A stretch of DNA of 50,210 nucleotides from Patescibacteria group bacterium UBA5187 (GTDB lineage Bacteria > Patescibacteriota > Minisyncoccia > Phycocordibacterales > PALSA-1337): contig DHWH01000015.1 of NCBI GenBank assembly GCA_002413065.1, forward strand, positions 100,326-150,535, read 5' to 3'. Below are positions 27,095 through 37,081 of this stretch, piece by piece. The notes below the pieces were generated by a model. The model was not told where the DNA came from and ran no database searches. It was given only the letters and a program-made list of their open reading frames with translations. Each line of letters starts with the position of its first letter. Position 1 is the stretch's first letter. The position numbers and the translations under genes were made by a program.

Positions 27095-29080
27095 ATGAAT
27101 TCGTCGATTATTTTCGCTCTCGTTGCTTCCGTCATCGCTATTGTATACGGAGCATTTCTTGCCGCTTCGATTATTAAAAAACCTGCAGGTAACGAACGTA
27201 TGCAGGAGATCGCGGCCGCCATCCAGGCTGGTGCAAAAGCCTATTTGAACAGGCAGTACCGCACGATCACCATTATTGCCATCGTACTTTTCATCATTCT
27301 CTGGCTCAGCCTCGGAATTACGATTGCTATCGGATTCCTTATCGGTGCCATCCTTTCGGGAGTTACCGGATTCATTGGAATGAACGTCTCTGTTCGCGCT
27401 AACGTTCGTACTGCAGAAGCTGCACGACAAGGCCTCGGCGCAGCACTTTCTCTCGCCTTCAAAGGCGGCGCTGTTACCGGACTTTTCGTAGTAGGTCTCG
27501 CACTTCTCGGTGTGACCGGATTCTATGCCATTACCCAGGATGTCACTTCCCTCATTGGTCTCGCCTTCGGTGCCAGTTTGATCTCAGTCTTTGCCCGCTT
27601 GGGTGGAGGTATTTTCACCAAAGCAGCTGACGTAGGTACTGATCTCGTTGGTAAAGTAGAAGCAGGAATCCCTGAAGATGATCCACGAAACCCAGGAGTT
27701 ATCGCTGACAACGTCGGAGATAACGTCGGCGACTGCGCAGGCATGGCAGCTGACCTTTTCGAAACATATGCTGTTACAACTATCGCGGCCATGATGCTCG
27801 GTGCAACTCTCTTCAAAGGATTTGAAGGCGCTCTCATCTACCCATTGGCAATCGGCGGTATCGCTATTTTTGCCTCAATCATCGGAACTTGGTTCGTGAA
27901 GATGGGAAAGAGTCAAAACATCATGGGTGCCATGTACAAAGGACTTGCAGTAGCCGGCGTACTCGCAGCCATCGCCTTCTACCCTGTCACAAGCATGATC
28001 ATGGGTACAAACGGAACCTACTCAGTCGCAAATCTCTTCGGTTGTACATTGGTAGGCCTCATCGTTACCGCCCTTTTGGTTGTGATCACTGAGTACTACA
28101 CATCAACGAAGTACCGTCCTGTACAGTCGATCGCTCTTGCTTCGATTTCCGGACATGGTACGAACATTATCCAGGGTCTCGCCATTTCTATGAAGGCAAC
28201 TGCATGGCCGCTCATCACGATTGTCGCGGGCATTCTCGGTTCATACTACTTTGCCGGACTCTACGGTATCGCAGTTGCAGCAATGAGCATGCTCTCGATG
28301 GCAGGCATCATCGTCGCGATCGATGCATACGGCCCAATCACAGATAATGCGGGAGGTATCGCTGAAATGTCAGAGCTTCCAAAAGAAGTCCGCGACATAA
28401 CAGATCCTTTGGATGCCGTTGGAAACACAACAAAGGCTGTTACAAAAGGATATGCTATCGGCTCAGCAGGTTTAGCAGCGCTCGTTCTCTTCGCTTCATA
28501 CACTGAAGCAACTCACGGCTTGTTCACATTCAGTTTGAGCGATCCGAAGGTTATCGTCGGTCTTTTCATCGGAGGACTTCTTCCTTATTACTTCGCTGCC
28601 CTTTCCATGGAAGCTGTCGGCAAGGCCGCAGGAAAAGTCGTTGATGAAGTTCGTCGCCAGTTCCGCGAGATCAAAGGGATCATGCAAGGTACTGCAAAAC
28701 CTGACTACGCACGCTGTGTAGACATCGTTACTTCAGCGGCTATCAAAGAAATGATCGTCCCTGCTCTCATCCCTGTTCTCGCTCCAATCATCGTAGGCTT
28801 CGTTCTTGGTCCAGTTGCTCTGGGAGGTCTCCTGGTTGGTTCTATCGTTACAGGCCTCTTCGTTGCCATCTCGATGACTTCAGGAGGAGGTGCATGGGAC
28901 AATGCCAAGAAACATATTGAGCAAGGTGCTCATGGAGGCAAAGGTTCTGATGCCCACAAAGCGGCTGTTACTGGCGACACTGTTGGAGATCCTTACAAGG
29001 ATACCGCGGGTCCAGCTATCAACCCGATGATCAAAATTCTCAATATCGTCGCGTTGCTCATCGTTGCATTCTTGGTCTAA
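27095..29080 (+). CDS. hppA: Membrane-bound H+-translocating pyrophosphatase (K+-independent type)
   Basis: [33 protein letters not shown] (Lys determinant), [10 protein letters not shown]. Confidence 0.96.
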   Translation: MNSSIIFALVASVIAIVYGAFLAASIIKKPAGNERMQEIAAAIQAGAKAYLNRQYRTITIIAIVLFIILWLSLGITIAIGFLIGAILSGVTGFIGMNVSVRANVRTAEAARQGLGAALSLAFKGGAVTGLFVVGLALLGVTGFYAITQDVTSLIGLAFGASLISVFARLGGGIFTKAADVGTDLVGKVEAGIPEDDPRNPGVIADNVGDNVGDCAGMAADLFETYAVTTIAAMMLGATLFKGFEGALIYPLAIGGIAIFASIIGTWFVKMGKSQNIMGAMYKGLAVAGVLAAIAFYPVTSMIMGTNGTYSVANLFGCTLVGLIVTALLVVITEYYTSTKYRPVQSIALASISGHGTNIIQGLAISMKATAWPLITIVAGILGSYYFAGLYGIAVAAMSMLSMAGIIVAIDAYGPITDNAGGIAEMSELPKEVRDITDPLDAVGNTTKAVTKGYAIGSAGLAALVLFASYTEATHGLFTFSLSDPKVIVGLFIGGLLPYYFAALSMEAVGKAAGKVVDEVRRQFREIKGIMQGTAKPDYARCVDIVTSAAIKEMIVPALIPVLAPIIVGFVLGPVALGGLLVGSIVTGLFVAISMTSGGGAWDNAKKHIEQGAHGGKGSDAHKAAVTGDTVGDPYKDTAGPAINPMIKILNIVALLIVAFLV

Positions 29081-29125
29081 TGCTCAATTTGAGCTCAAAT
29101 CAAGCTTACAAACCCTAAGTAGAAC

Positions 29126-29154
29126 AAAAGAGCTGACTCAAATCAGCTCTTTTT
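29126..29154 (+). terminator. Intrinsic (bidirectional-type) terminator
   Basis: AAAAGAGCTGA-CTCAAA-TCAGCTCTTTTT. Confidence 0.85.
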
Positions 29155-29217
29155 GTATGCTATACTTAACCTTAACCACGAAAACTGTGGCCTAAAATAA
29201 GCTTAATACATATAAAT

Positions 29218-29979
29218 ATGAAAAAAACCTATTACATAATCGGAGTCTCTGCCTTAGCCCTCGTTTTGGCTACAACAGTCACTCGTGCGGAAGAGCCTCG
29301 CGTAGTCCGCGAGCAAATGCGTGTAGATTCGTCACGAATACAGAATATCAAAAATAACGAGGAATTCAGAAACAATGCCCTCAAGAGCCGCGAAGGCAAG
29401 ATGGCTTCGACCAGTTCGACAACCCGCATGATGCCTCGTCAGAATCTCGAGAAAAGGATGGCATCTTCGAGTGAAAAGAGGGGTGAGATGAGGGATGAAG
29501 CCGAAATGAAAGATACAAAAAATAAGATGGAGGTTCGCAAGGAAGTTTTCGAAAAACAAAAAGATCACCTTATCGGACAACTCAGTCATTCTTTAGAAAA
29601 TTTGAAACAGGTCCGTACCCGTATCGTATCTCGCATCCAAAAGGCCGAATCAAGCGGTAAAAACATGACTGAAGCAAAGAATTTGCTTGTCATAGCAGAT
29701 GCCAAGCTATCAGTAGCCCAGACAGCAGTAAATGCATTATTGAATTTGAACGCTTCATCGACCATTACTACAGGTACGACAACAGCTTCCACAACTGCAA
29801 CAACGTCAACTATGATAAATCTTGGCAAAGCACGCCAGATCGGTGCAAGCGCTATCCAGGCCATAAATGATGCTCGTAAAGCATTGAGTAACGTAGTCGC
29901 ATCAATTTCTCATTCATTGGGTCTCAAAGTAGAAAATGCCGGAGTAACCTCAACTACTACTGCGACAACAACACTATAA
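29218..29979 (+). CDS. Secreted coiled-coil hypothetical protein
   Basis: Signal peptide, helical charged core, Thr-rich tracts. Confidence 0.75.
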   Translation: MKKTYYIIGVSALALVLATTVTRAEEPRVVREQMRVDSSRIQNIKNNEEFRNNALKSREGKMASTSSTTRMMPRQNLEKRMASSSEKRGEMRDEAEMKDTKNKMEVRKEVFEKQKDHLIGQLSHSLENLKQVRTRIVSRIQKAESSGKNMTEAKNLLVIADAKLSVAQTAVNALLNLNASSTITTGTTTASTTATTSTMINLGKARQIGASAIQAINDARKALSNVVASISHSLGLKVENAGVTSTTTATTTL

Positions 29980-30016
29980 ATTATTCCTGCTACTTATTAC
30001 ATAATATCTAACTACT

Positions 30017-30325
30017 ATGGATCCAATAAACCAATCTGCTCCGATGAACACTCCAGCAAACACTCCAGTCTCAAATGGAGGTAAGAAAGTCGGACCTATC
30101 ATAGCGACCCTTACTATCGTTCTTATCCTCATAATCGCAGCTTTATACTTGTTTGCTTCACGCATCAATCGCCAGTCAACTTCACTCGAGACTGCTTCAA
30201 CAACATCTTCAATGACTACGAATTCAGATGGGCAGCCAGTGGTTGCAACAACAAATGATGATCCAGCTTCATTACAAGCTGATCTGAGCGCTTCAACGAA
30301 TGCTTTGGATGCACAGAATTTCTAG
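30017..30325 (+). CDS. Small single-TM hypothetical protein
   Basis: KKVGPIIATLTIVLILIIAALY then a Ser/Thr linker and a DDPASLQADL tail. Confidence 0.7.
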   Translation: MDPINQSAPMNTPANTPVSNGGKKVGPIIATLTIVLILIIAALYLFASRINRQSTSLETASTTSSMTTNSDGQPVVATTNDDPASLQADLSASTNALDAQNF

Positions 30326-30456
30326 TACTGGTAAAATACGACGTAGAAATGAAAATAAGGGAAGCAGACGAAATGTCGCTTCCCTTATTCGTACAGCATA
30401 TATTCAATTATGTACGTTTCTTGATTCATAAGCAATTTCCCTGTAGACTGCCCTTC

Positions 30457-31545
30457 ATGACTCAAACACAAGATACTAAGGCGAAATCATACGATTCCGC
30501 ACTCGTTAAGAAATTACCAAAATCTGAAATCGAGATCACCGCTTCCATCCCTGCAGAAGTTTGGGAAAAATTCAGACCGGAAGCTATTAAAAACATAAAC
30601 GGAAGCATAACTATAGATGGTTTCCGCAAAGGAAATGTTCCTGAAAACATCCTCGTTGCAAAAGTCGGCGAAGCCGCGATACACGAGGAGATGGCAGAAT
30701 TTGCGCTTTCAAAGGCATACATTGAGATCCTTATTGATAACAAGATTGACGCCCTCGGCAAACCGATTGTTCATGTTACCAAGCTCGCCACAGGCAATCC
30801 CTTGGAATTCAAAGCGACAACCGCGGTTACACCTGAAGTAAAACTTCCTGACTACAAGAAAATCGCCGCCGAAGAAATAAAGAAATCTTCTTCAGAAAAA
30901 ATCGAAGTGGCAGACAAGGATGTAGACGAAGCCATTTTACGTATTCGCAAATCACGGGTTTCACACGAAGGTCACGATCATGAAAAATTATCTCCCGAAG
31001 AACACGAGAAAGCGATCATGGATTCTTTGCCGGAATTCAATGACGAATTCGTACGCACTTTAGACGGCGACTTCACAGATATCGAAGATTTCAAAACGAA
31101 GATTCGCGAGATGATCGGCGAAAACAAAAAGGATGAGGCTCGCGAGAAACTTCGCCTTCGCATTGCGGATGCAATTTCCGATGCTTCCACGATAGAGTTG
31201 CCTGATGTCATAGTTGAAAGCGAACTCCAGCGCACACAGGCGCAATTTGCGGCTGATATCGAACGCATGGGCGTGAAACTGGATGACTATCTCAAACAGG
31301 CAAAGAAAACGCTTGAAGAGATTCGCGTTGAATGGCGTCCTCATGCGGAGAAGAAAGCCAAGCTGCAATTAATTTTGAATGCTATTTCTGACACAGAAAA
31401 AATAAAGCCTACCCCGGAAGAAATCAAGGCCGAGGTCAAACATATCACCGAGCACTACAAAGATGCTGACATGGAACGAGCTACCGTGTACGCAGAAACT
31501 GTTCTGACAAATGAGAAAGTGTTTCTATTTTTGGAGAAAAAATAA
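30457..31545 (+). CDS. tig: Trigger factor lacking the FKBP PPIase domain
   Basis: Ribosome-binding loop IDGFRKGNVP, PEVKLPDY, LPEFNDEF. Start set at 30457. Confidence 0.93.
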   Translation: MTQTQDTKAKSYDSALVKKLPKSEIEITASIPAEVWEKFRPEAIKNINGSITIDGFRKGNVPENILVAKVGEAAIHEEMAEFALSKAYIEILIDNKIDALGKPIVHVTKLATGNPLEFKATTAVTPEVKLPDYKKIAAEEIKKSSSEKIEVADKDVDEAILRIRKSRVSHEGHDHEKLSPEEHEKAIMDSLPEFNDEFVRTLDGDFTDIEDFKTKIREMIGENKKDEAREKLRLRIADAISDASTIELPDVIVESELQRTQAQFAADIERMGVKLDDYLKQAKKTLEEIRVEWRPHAEKKAKLQLILNAISDTEKIKPTPEEIKAEVKHITEHYKDADMERATVYAETVLTNEKVFLFLEKK

Positions 31546-31560
31546 TCAGACAAGTTGTCA

Positions 31561-31592
31561 AATAAAAAACCGAGGAGTCTCGGTTTTTTATT
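31561..31592. terminator. Bidirectional terminator between tig and rsmE
   Basis: AATAAAAAACCGAG-GAGT-CTCGGTTTTTTATT. Confidence 0.9.
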
Positions 31593-31642
31593 TGTGAAAC
31601 ACTCTCATACCCAGTAAAACCTTCCGCTACCTGAAATTAGCA

Positions 31643-32395
31643 CTATACAGTGAATACCACCTGAGAGAGGGCAGCGATGACAGCCGTTTCAGCCCTCAAA
31701 ACCTGATTACCAAGACATCGGACTGGAATTCCATTCTTGTGAAACATATCCATTTCCGTTTCTGACCAACCGCCTTCAGGGCCTATGAAAACAGCAATGT
31801 CTGAATTCGTAGGCAGATCAGATCGTTCTAAGAGCGAACCTTCCGTATGAAAAGCAAGCGATACAGGAATTCCAGCTTCCGCACTCTGCGACCCTTTTTT
31901 CAAAAAAGAAAACGCTTCATTAAGTGTCATGATCGAGCTCATCACAGGAATATTCCCACGACCACATTGCTCACTTGCCTCAATAGCAATCTTTTTGAGT
32001 CGAGCTTCATTCAAAGATTTCTTTTCGCTGCGCTCGGCCATTATAGGAATAATATGAGTGACTCCGAGTTCAGTCGCTTTTTCTACAATCCATTCGAATG
32101 TATCTTTTTTTACAACCGCTGCACACAAATAAATATTTCGTGCAGGTATAAAGGCGCTCCGCATTGACGTAGCTGAATGGAGGGATATCACCTTGTCGCT
32201 ATCAATTTTACTCTCCTCACCGAATCCGTCAATTGTACATTCGTAGTCAGAACCCGAACCATCGAACAAGACAAGGGAATCCCCTTTCTTCAAACGAAAC
32301 ACCCGGCGAACCTGATTAACAAGTTCAGCCGAGTGTACCGTGATCTCAGATTGGTTGGCGATCTTTTCGGAAATATAGAATCGATGAAGACGCAT
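31643..32395 (-). CDS. rsmE: 16S rRNA m3U1498 methyltransferase
   Basis: VEKATELGV, EASEQCGR, FIGPEGG, LRAETA. Confidence 0.96.
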   Translation of the reverse strand: MRLHRFYISEKIANQSEITVHSAELVNQVRRVFRLKKGDSLVLFDGSGSDYECTIDGFGEESKIDSDKVISLHSATSMRSAFIPARNIYLCAAVVKKDTFEWIVEKATELGVTHIIPIMAERSEKKSLNEARLKKIAIEASEQCGRGNIPVMSSIMTLNEAFSFLKKGSQSAEAGIPVSLAFHTEGSLLERSDLPTNSDIAVFIGPEGGWSETEMDMFHKNGIPVRCLGNQVLRAETAVIAALSQVVFTV

Positions 32396-32407
32396 ATCTG
32401 TGTGCGT

Positions 32408-32989
32408 TTATTTCTTTGAACTTACAACCTGATCAATGACCCCATATTTTTTTGCTTCGTCGGCACTCATGAAGAAATCTCGGTCAACGTCCTTCTCAAT
32501 GCGTGCAAGTGTCTGACCGGTATTCTTTGCGAGAAGTTTATTCAAAGATTCACGAGTTTTCAATATATGCTTGGCACTGATTTCAATATCGGAAGCCTGA
32601 CCTTCGACACCACCGAGCGGCTGATGAATCATCACTTCTGAATTTGGCAAAGCGATACGCTTACCTTTTGTTCCGGCAGAGAGAACGAGGGCTGCACCCG
32701 AAGCTGCGATACCGACGCACACTGTGGAGATATCATTTTTTATATGCTGCATCGTGTCGATGATGGCCAATGTCGCAGTTACTGATCCCCCTGGCGAGTT
32801 CACATACAGAGAAATTTCCTTCTTTGGATCTTCGGACTGCAAGAAAAGAAGCTGGGCAATAATGAGGTTTGCAGTATGGTCATCGATAGGTCCGCCAAGA
32901 AAGATGATGTTATCCCTCAAAAGGCGTGAATATATATCGTATGCGCGCTCTCCGAAACTTGATTTTTCTATAACGGTTGGGATTAACAT
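32408..32989 (-). CDS. clpP: Clp protease proteolytic subunit
   Basis: [29 protein letters not shown]. Start set at 32989. Confidence 0.98.
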   Translation of the reverse strand: MLIPTVIEKSSFGERAYDIYSRLLRDNIIFLGGPIDDHTANLIIAQLLFLQSEDPKKEISLYVNSPGGSVTATLAIIDTMQHIKNDISTVCVGIAASGAALVLSAGTKGKRIALPNSEVMIHQPLGGVEGQASDIEISAKHILKTRESLNKLLAKNTGQTLARIEKDVDRDFFMSADEAKKYGVIDQVVSSKK

Positions 32990-33146
32990 GATGTTTAGAT
33001 ATTTATTGAAATTAAAGTAAATGTAAACGCAATATAACACGAATATAGGTACTTATCTAGCCCCACTGTGGCCTCTCTAAATAAAACTTGCTTATACACA
33101 CCTTTTCATTATATGATGACGGTGTTACCAATATTTAATTTTGATA

Positions 33147-33243
33147 CCGCCTTTTTCGGACTTTTCGTGAAATTCTAACCTATGACACCCATTATCCAGC
33201 TACAGACTCATACGTTGCTATCACCATAGTCCCAAAGGGGCGG
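33147..33243 (+). promoter_or_regulatory. Long irregular hairpin in the rny 5' leader
   Basis: CCGCCTTTTTCGGACT(33147-33162)/AGTCCCAAAGGGGCGG(33228-33243), 15/16 paired. Promoter TTGCTT-18 nt-TATGAT at 33088-33117. Confidence 0.55.
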
Positions 33244-33256
33244 ATCCAATCCGTAT

Positions 33257-34786
33257 ATGTCCCTTAAATTAGTCGCCCTATTCCTCGCTCTAGCGGGAGC
33301 AGTCGGTGTGGCTGTCGGATATTACCTGCGATTGATCATATCTCTCGGCAAGAAAGGCTCTATGGAGCTCGAAATCAAGGAAATGCTCCTTGCCGCAAAG
33401 GAAGAAGCCAAAAAGATCACTGCAGATGCCGAAGCCAAAGCAACCAAAACTCTCGAAGGTGCCCGGACAGAAATAAAAGAAAAAGAAGATAAAATTCGCC
33501 AAACCGAAGATCGTCTCGTAAAACGAGAGGATATTATCGACAAACGCCAGTCAGATCTCGACAAAGAAGTCGAAATGATCAAACAACGCGTGGCCGAGAT
33601 CAAGGCTATTCGCGAGAAAGCTGACAAACTCGAGGAAGATCGCAAAGCCGCGCTCGAAAAGATCGCCAAACTTTCTGCTGATGACGCAAAAGAGCAGTTG
33701 ATCAAATTGGTCGAGAAACAATCCCAGGAAGATCTGCTTGTACGCGTCAACAAGCTCGAAATTCACGGGGAGGAAATGCTCGAACAAAAAGCAAAAGATA
33801 TTCTCGCTATGTCCATCCAGCGTTTGGCTTCATCTGTTGCCCAAGATGTGATGTCTACCATCGTAGAGATCCCGAGTGATGACGTTAAAGGAAAAATCAT
33901 TGGCAAAGAAGGCCGCAACATCAAAGCTTTCGAGCGTATCACCGGCGTTGAAGTCATGGTTGATGACACCCCTGGAGCGATCACCATTTCATCATTTGAT
34001 CCCGTACGACGTCATGTCGCTCGCATTGCCCTTCTTGAATTGATCAAAGACGGTCGTATTCAGCCAGCCAAGATCGAAGCCGTAGTTGAGAAAGCAAAAC
34101 AAGACATCAACAAAACTATCAAAGAAAAAGGCGAGGCTGCAGCATATGAATGCGGCATCATCGGCCTCGATCCACGCATTCTCCTTATATTGGGCAGACT
34201 TCATTTCCGCACCAGTTATGGTCAGAATGTTCTCCAGCACTCTATCGAAATGTCACATATCGCCGGCATGATCGCCGAAGAGATCGGTGCCAATGTCCAA
34301 GTCGCCAAAGCGGGCGCCCTCCTCCATGATCTTGGTAAAGCGCTCGACCATGAAGTCGTCGGGACTCACGTCGAGATCGGCCGCCGCATCCTTCAGAAAT
34401 TCGGTGCTCCCGAAGAAATCATCAAGGCTATGCAGGCTCACCATGAGGAATATCCGTACGAAACAGTCGAGTCACGTATCGTACAGACTGCTGATGCTAT
34501 CTCTGGCGCACGTCCCGGCGCACGTCGCGACAATATCGAGAACTATCTCAAGCGTCTCGGCGATCTCGAGGCTCTGGCCAATTCATTCCCTGGTATCGAA
34601 AAGTCCTATGCCCTGCAAGCCGGCCGTGAAATCCGCATCTTCGTGAAACCTGAAGAAATAGGTGACCTCGAAGCCAAGAATCTAGCTCGCGACATCGCAC
34701 TCAAAATTGAAAAGGATCTCAAATACCCGGGTGAAATCAGAGTTATGGTTATCAGAGAGACGAGAAATATGGAATTTGCGAGGTAA
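33257..34786 (+). CDS. rny: Ribonuclease Y
   Basis: N-terminal TM, coiled coil, KH domain (KGKIIGKEGRNI), HD domain (RTSYGQN, LLHDLGK, ADAISGARPGAR). Confidence 0.98.
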   Translation: MSLKLVALFLALAGAVGVAVGYYLRLIISLGKKGSMELEIKEMLLAAKEEAKKITADAEAKATKTLEGARTEIKEKEDKIRQTEDRLVKREDIIDKRQSDLDKEVEMIKQRVAEIKAIREKADKLEEDRKAALEKIAKLSADDAKEQLIKLVEKQSQEDLLVRVNKLEIHGEEMLEQKAKDILAMSIQRLASSVAQDVMSTIVEIPSDDVKGKIIGKEGRNIKAFERITGVEVMVDDTPGAITISSFDPVRRHVARIALLELIKDGRIQPAKIEAVVEKAKQDINKTIKEKGEAAAYECGIIGLDPRILLILGRLHFRTSYGQNVLQHSIEMSHIAGMIAEEIGANVQVAKAGALLHDLGKALDHEVVGTHVEIGRRILQKFGAPEEIIKAMQAHHEEYPYETVESRIVQTADAISGARPGARRDNIENYLKRLGDLEALANSFPGIEKSYALQAGREIRIFVKPEEIGDLEAKNLARDIALKIEKDLKYPGEIRVMVIRETRNMEFAR

Positions 34787-35209
34787 TTACTTAAGAATAA
34801 CTATATGGATTTTGAGAAACTCCTCTATAAATTTTATGGTGGGGGTTTTCGATTTAGCATTACTCTCCGCAACCAAAACAGCAAACGAATATACTTCTTT
34901 ATTAGATAAATCCAACCAACTATCGTTTTTAATTAAATATACAAGTAACGTAGCAACGGCGATCCTTTTATTCCCATTCTGAAAAGGATGATTTTTGATC
35001 ATCAAATAGAAGAGGATGGCAGCTTTCTTGATAAGACCCTTATATAGTTGGCCTTCAAATGTCTGGTACGGCGCCCCTAAACAGGCCTCAAGAACATGTG
35101 GAAAACGTGTAGAAAAATCAGGAATAGGTTCATCCCATTCCATAAACTTTTGGGCAACCTCATGTGCAATATACTGCACTTCTTCAACTGTAAGAGATTC
35201 AATCTTCAT
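34787..35209 (-). CDS. Doc/Fic family toxin
   Basis: HPFQNGNKRIA. Confidence 0.9.
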   Translation of the reverse strand: MKIESLTVEEVQYIAHEVAQKFMEWDEPIPDFSTRFPHVLEACLGAPYQTFEGQLYKGLIKKAAILFYLMIKNHPFQNGNKRIAVATLLVYLIKNDSWLDLSNKEVYSFAVLVAESNAKSKTPTIKFIEEFLKIHIVILK

Positions 35210-35211
35210 AT

Positions 35212-35475
35212 TTATTCTTTACCAAGCAATCGTAAAGCCTCTCCGTATTCTTTGAAAATACACTCAATGTTTTCAGTGATTTCCTTTTTTCTTTGATCCG
35301 TAAGGGCACCTCCCAGTGCCTCAATAGTTTCTTTCTTAATAAGATAATTGCGCCCATACCTTTCTGCTGCCAATTGGCCTTTTTTGATGCGTTTGAAAAT
35401 AGCGATTCTGCTAATACCAAGTATTTTGGCAGCTTCTGTCGTCGTAAAATATGGCTTATTCAAATGATTTTTCAT
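35212..35475 (-). CDS. Excisionase-like HTH (HTH_17) putative antitoxin
   Basis: FTTTEAAKILGISRIAIFKRIKKGQLAAERYGRNYLI. C-terminal KEYGEALRLL helix. Directly upstream of doc. Confidence 0.8.
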   Translation of the reverse strand: MKNHLNKPYFTTTEAAKILGISRIAIFKRIKKGQLAAERYGRNYLIKKETIEALGGALTDQRKKEITENIECIFKEYGEALRLLGKE

Positions 35476-35481
35476 GTAAAT

Positions 35482-35549
35482 AGGTTAACATAAGTTTTTA
35501 TATATTGCAATGGTTAACATAAGATACTTATTTAGTGGACAGGTTAACC
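35482..35549 (-). promoter_or_regulatory. TA promoter with three GGTTAAC operator repeats
   Basis: TTGCAA-17 nt-TAACCT-6 nt-ATG. GGTTAAC at 35483, 35512 and 35542. Confidence 0.65.
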
Positions 35550-35796
35550 AAGCTAGGATTCTGCAATACAAATATAAATTACTCGTCTTTTCTAGTATGC
35601 CCCACAAATACAATAAAAAAGGCATACGAGTGCTAGAAATCTGAGTACTACTGAAACATTTTCAGTAGATTGTGTCAACTTTTCTGCCCTATTGCTCAAA
35701 ATACGGCTTACTATATAATTATCCCATGGTTCAAGACTCGATCCGCCCTCGGCGGCGGGCCGAGGCCAAAATTATAAGAATTAAGAAATACACAAA

Positions 35797-36069
35797 ATGA
35801 ACAAAGCAGGCATTGTAGAAGCAGTTCATGTAGTTCTCGGCGGTACCAAGGTCCAGGCCGAGCAAGCAGTCGAGACAGCGATTAACAGCATCATCGACAC
35901 TCTTAAAAAGGGTGAAGAGGTTTCAATCGCAGGTCTCGGTATCTTCTCAGTCAAACAGCGTGCAGCTCGTGAAGCTCGCAACCCTCGCACAGGTGAAGCC
36001 ATCAAGGTCCCTGCTATGAAGGTTCCTAAGTTTCGTGCAGCAAAGGCATTGAAGGACGCAGTTAAATAA
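35797..36069 (+). CDS. hup: DNA-binding protein HU
   Basis: MNK..IV...GLGIF...RAAREARNPRTGE...VPKFRAAKALKDAVK. Confidence 0.97.
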   Translation: MNKAGIVEAVHVVLGGTKVQAEQAVETAINSIIDTLKKGEEVSIAGLGIFSVKQRAAREARNPRTGEAIKVPAMKVPKFRAAKALKDAVK

Positions 36070-36099
36070 ATCATTAGGGTTACTACTATCGAGCAAGAG

Positions 36100-36121
36100 G
36101 CCGCCACGAGGGCGGTTTTTT
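36100..36121 (+). terminator. hup terminator
   Basis: GCCGCC-ACGAG-GGCGGT followed by a T-run. Confidence 0.8.
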
Positions 36122-36148
36122 GTTGAGAAGGTACCCCGTGTTATGAGC

Positions 36149-36335
36149 AAAATAAGCCCACATCCGGTTGCACAGACGTGGGCTCGAGGGCATCAGATGG
36201 CGTTTTCCGAACACAACTGCGCCCAAATCTATTATCAAAGTAACACTTCTTAGGCTGGGGCTGCAAGAACAAAAATATAAGATGTCTTGTATCTATGTAC
36301 CGAGTACCGAATAAGGCGTGCAACATTCTTTGAGA
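36149..36335 (-). ncRNA. Possible small structured RNA (or 3' UTR of the C39-like gene)
   Basis: Minus strand TACAAT at 36340-36345. 13-bp terminator-like stem 36154-36185 with G-U pairs on the minus strand. The 5' GTTGCAC is complementary to that hairpin's loop region. Confidence 0.3.
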
Positions 36336-36358
36336 TAACATTGTACAAATAATTCAAA

Positions 36359-37000
36359 CTACGGAAGTCTGCGCATAAAAATCACATTGAAATCCTCCTT
36401 GCGCTTGGGACTCATAGAATACGCAAGTCTCTTTGATGGAATCCACTGCGGCCGAGAACGATCAGGATCATACACTTTGAACCTATCGCCTTTCTTTTCA
36501 CCAAGAACCACCATATGTGCGCCATAACCATCTTTTCTGTAGAGAGCAAACTGGTTTACCGACAAAAGTGTAAAGTAATCGCCTTTTATTCGAAAGGAAT
36601 GGATTTTAGCCAGTGGCCAGCGTGCATTTATGAATTGAACTTCGGAATTTATTAATTTCCGAGCCATTACTTGTTCGGCAACGAGATTGCTGTACTGATC
36701 CTGTACCTTGAAAGTTTCCTCTGACCAAACCTGCTTCAGATACTTGATACCTTGCTTGGCAAAAATACGATAATCAAAATTTTCAACAGATATGACTTCG
36801 AATCCGTTCTTAACTAACCACAAAAAGGCCTTCCCCATCCACGTAAATGAATGCGGATCATGACCGGTTATGATGTCGAGTTCTTTGAATGACAAAACGG
36901 GCCTTCCATAAAAATGGAATAGCATTTTCAAGCATGCCTGTACACAATGCATTCCGGTTTTTGAATTTGAATATAATTTATAGGTATTCATAATGGTCAA
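36359..37000 (-). CDS. Papain-like cysteine protease, peptidase C39-like family
   Basis: GMHCVQACLKM (catalytic Cys), GAHMVVL (His), VYDPD (Asp). Confidence 0.75.
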   Translation of the reverse strand: MTIMNTYKLYSNSKTGMHCVQACLKMLFHFYGRPVLSFKELDIITGHDPHSFTWMGKAFLWLVKNGFEVISVENFDYRIFAKQGIKYLKQVWSEETFKVQDQYSNLVAEQVMARKLINSEVQFINARWPLAKIHSFRIKGDYFTLLSVNQFALYRKDGYGAHMVVLGEKKGDRFKVYDPDRSRPQWIPSKRLAYSMSPKRKEDFNVIFMRRLP

Positions 37001-37030
37001 TATAGCGCAAAATCAGAACGGTGCACATCC

Positions 37031-37081
37031 TTGACTTCTTTTCTGCACTTGTATATGCTATTCATAGTTAGCGCTAACTAT
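37031..37081 (+). promoter_or_regulatory. Promoter plus perfect 18-bp palindrome over the start site
   Basis: TTGACT-17 nt-TATGCT (37054-37059). ATAGTTAGCGCTAACTAT at 37064-37081. Confidence 0.7.

Noticed and set aside
26681..27430. Long antisense ORFs (for example 26681..27430, 1899..2576, 23958..24494, 46657..47211)
   Set aside because: These are shadow frames opposite well-supported genes and carry no motifs.
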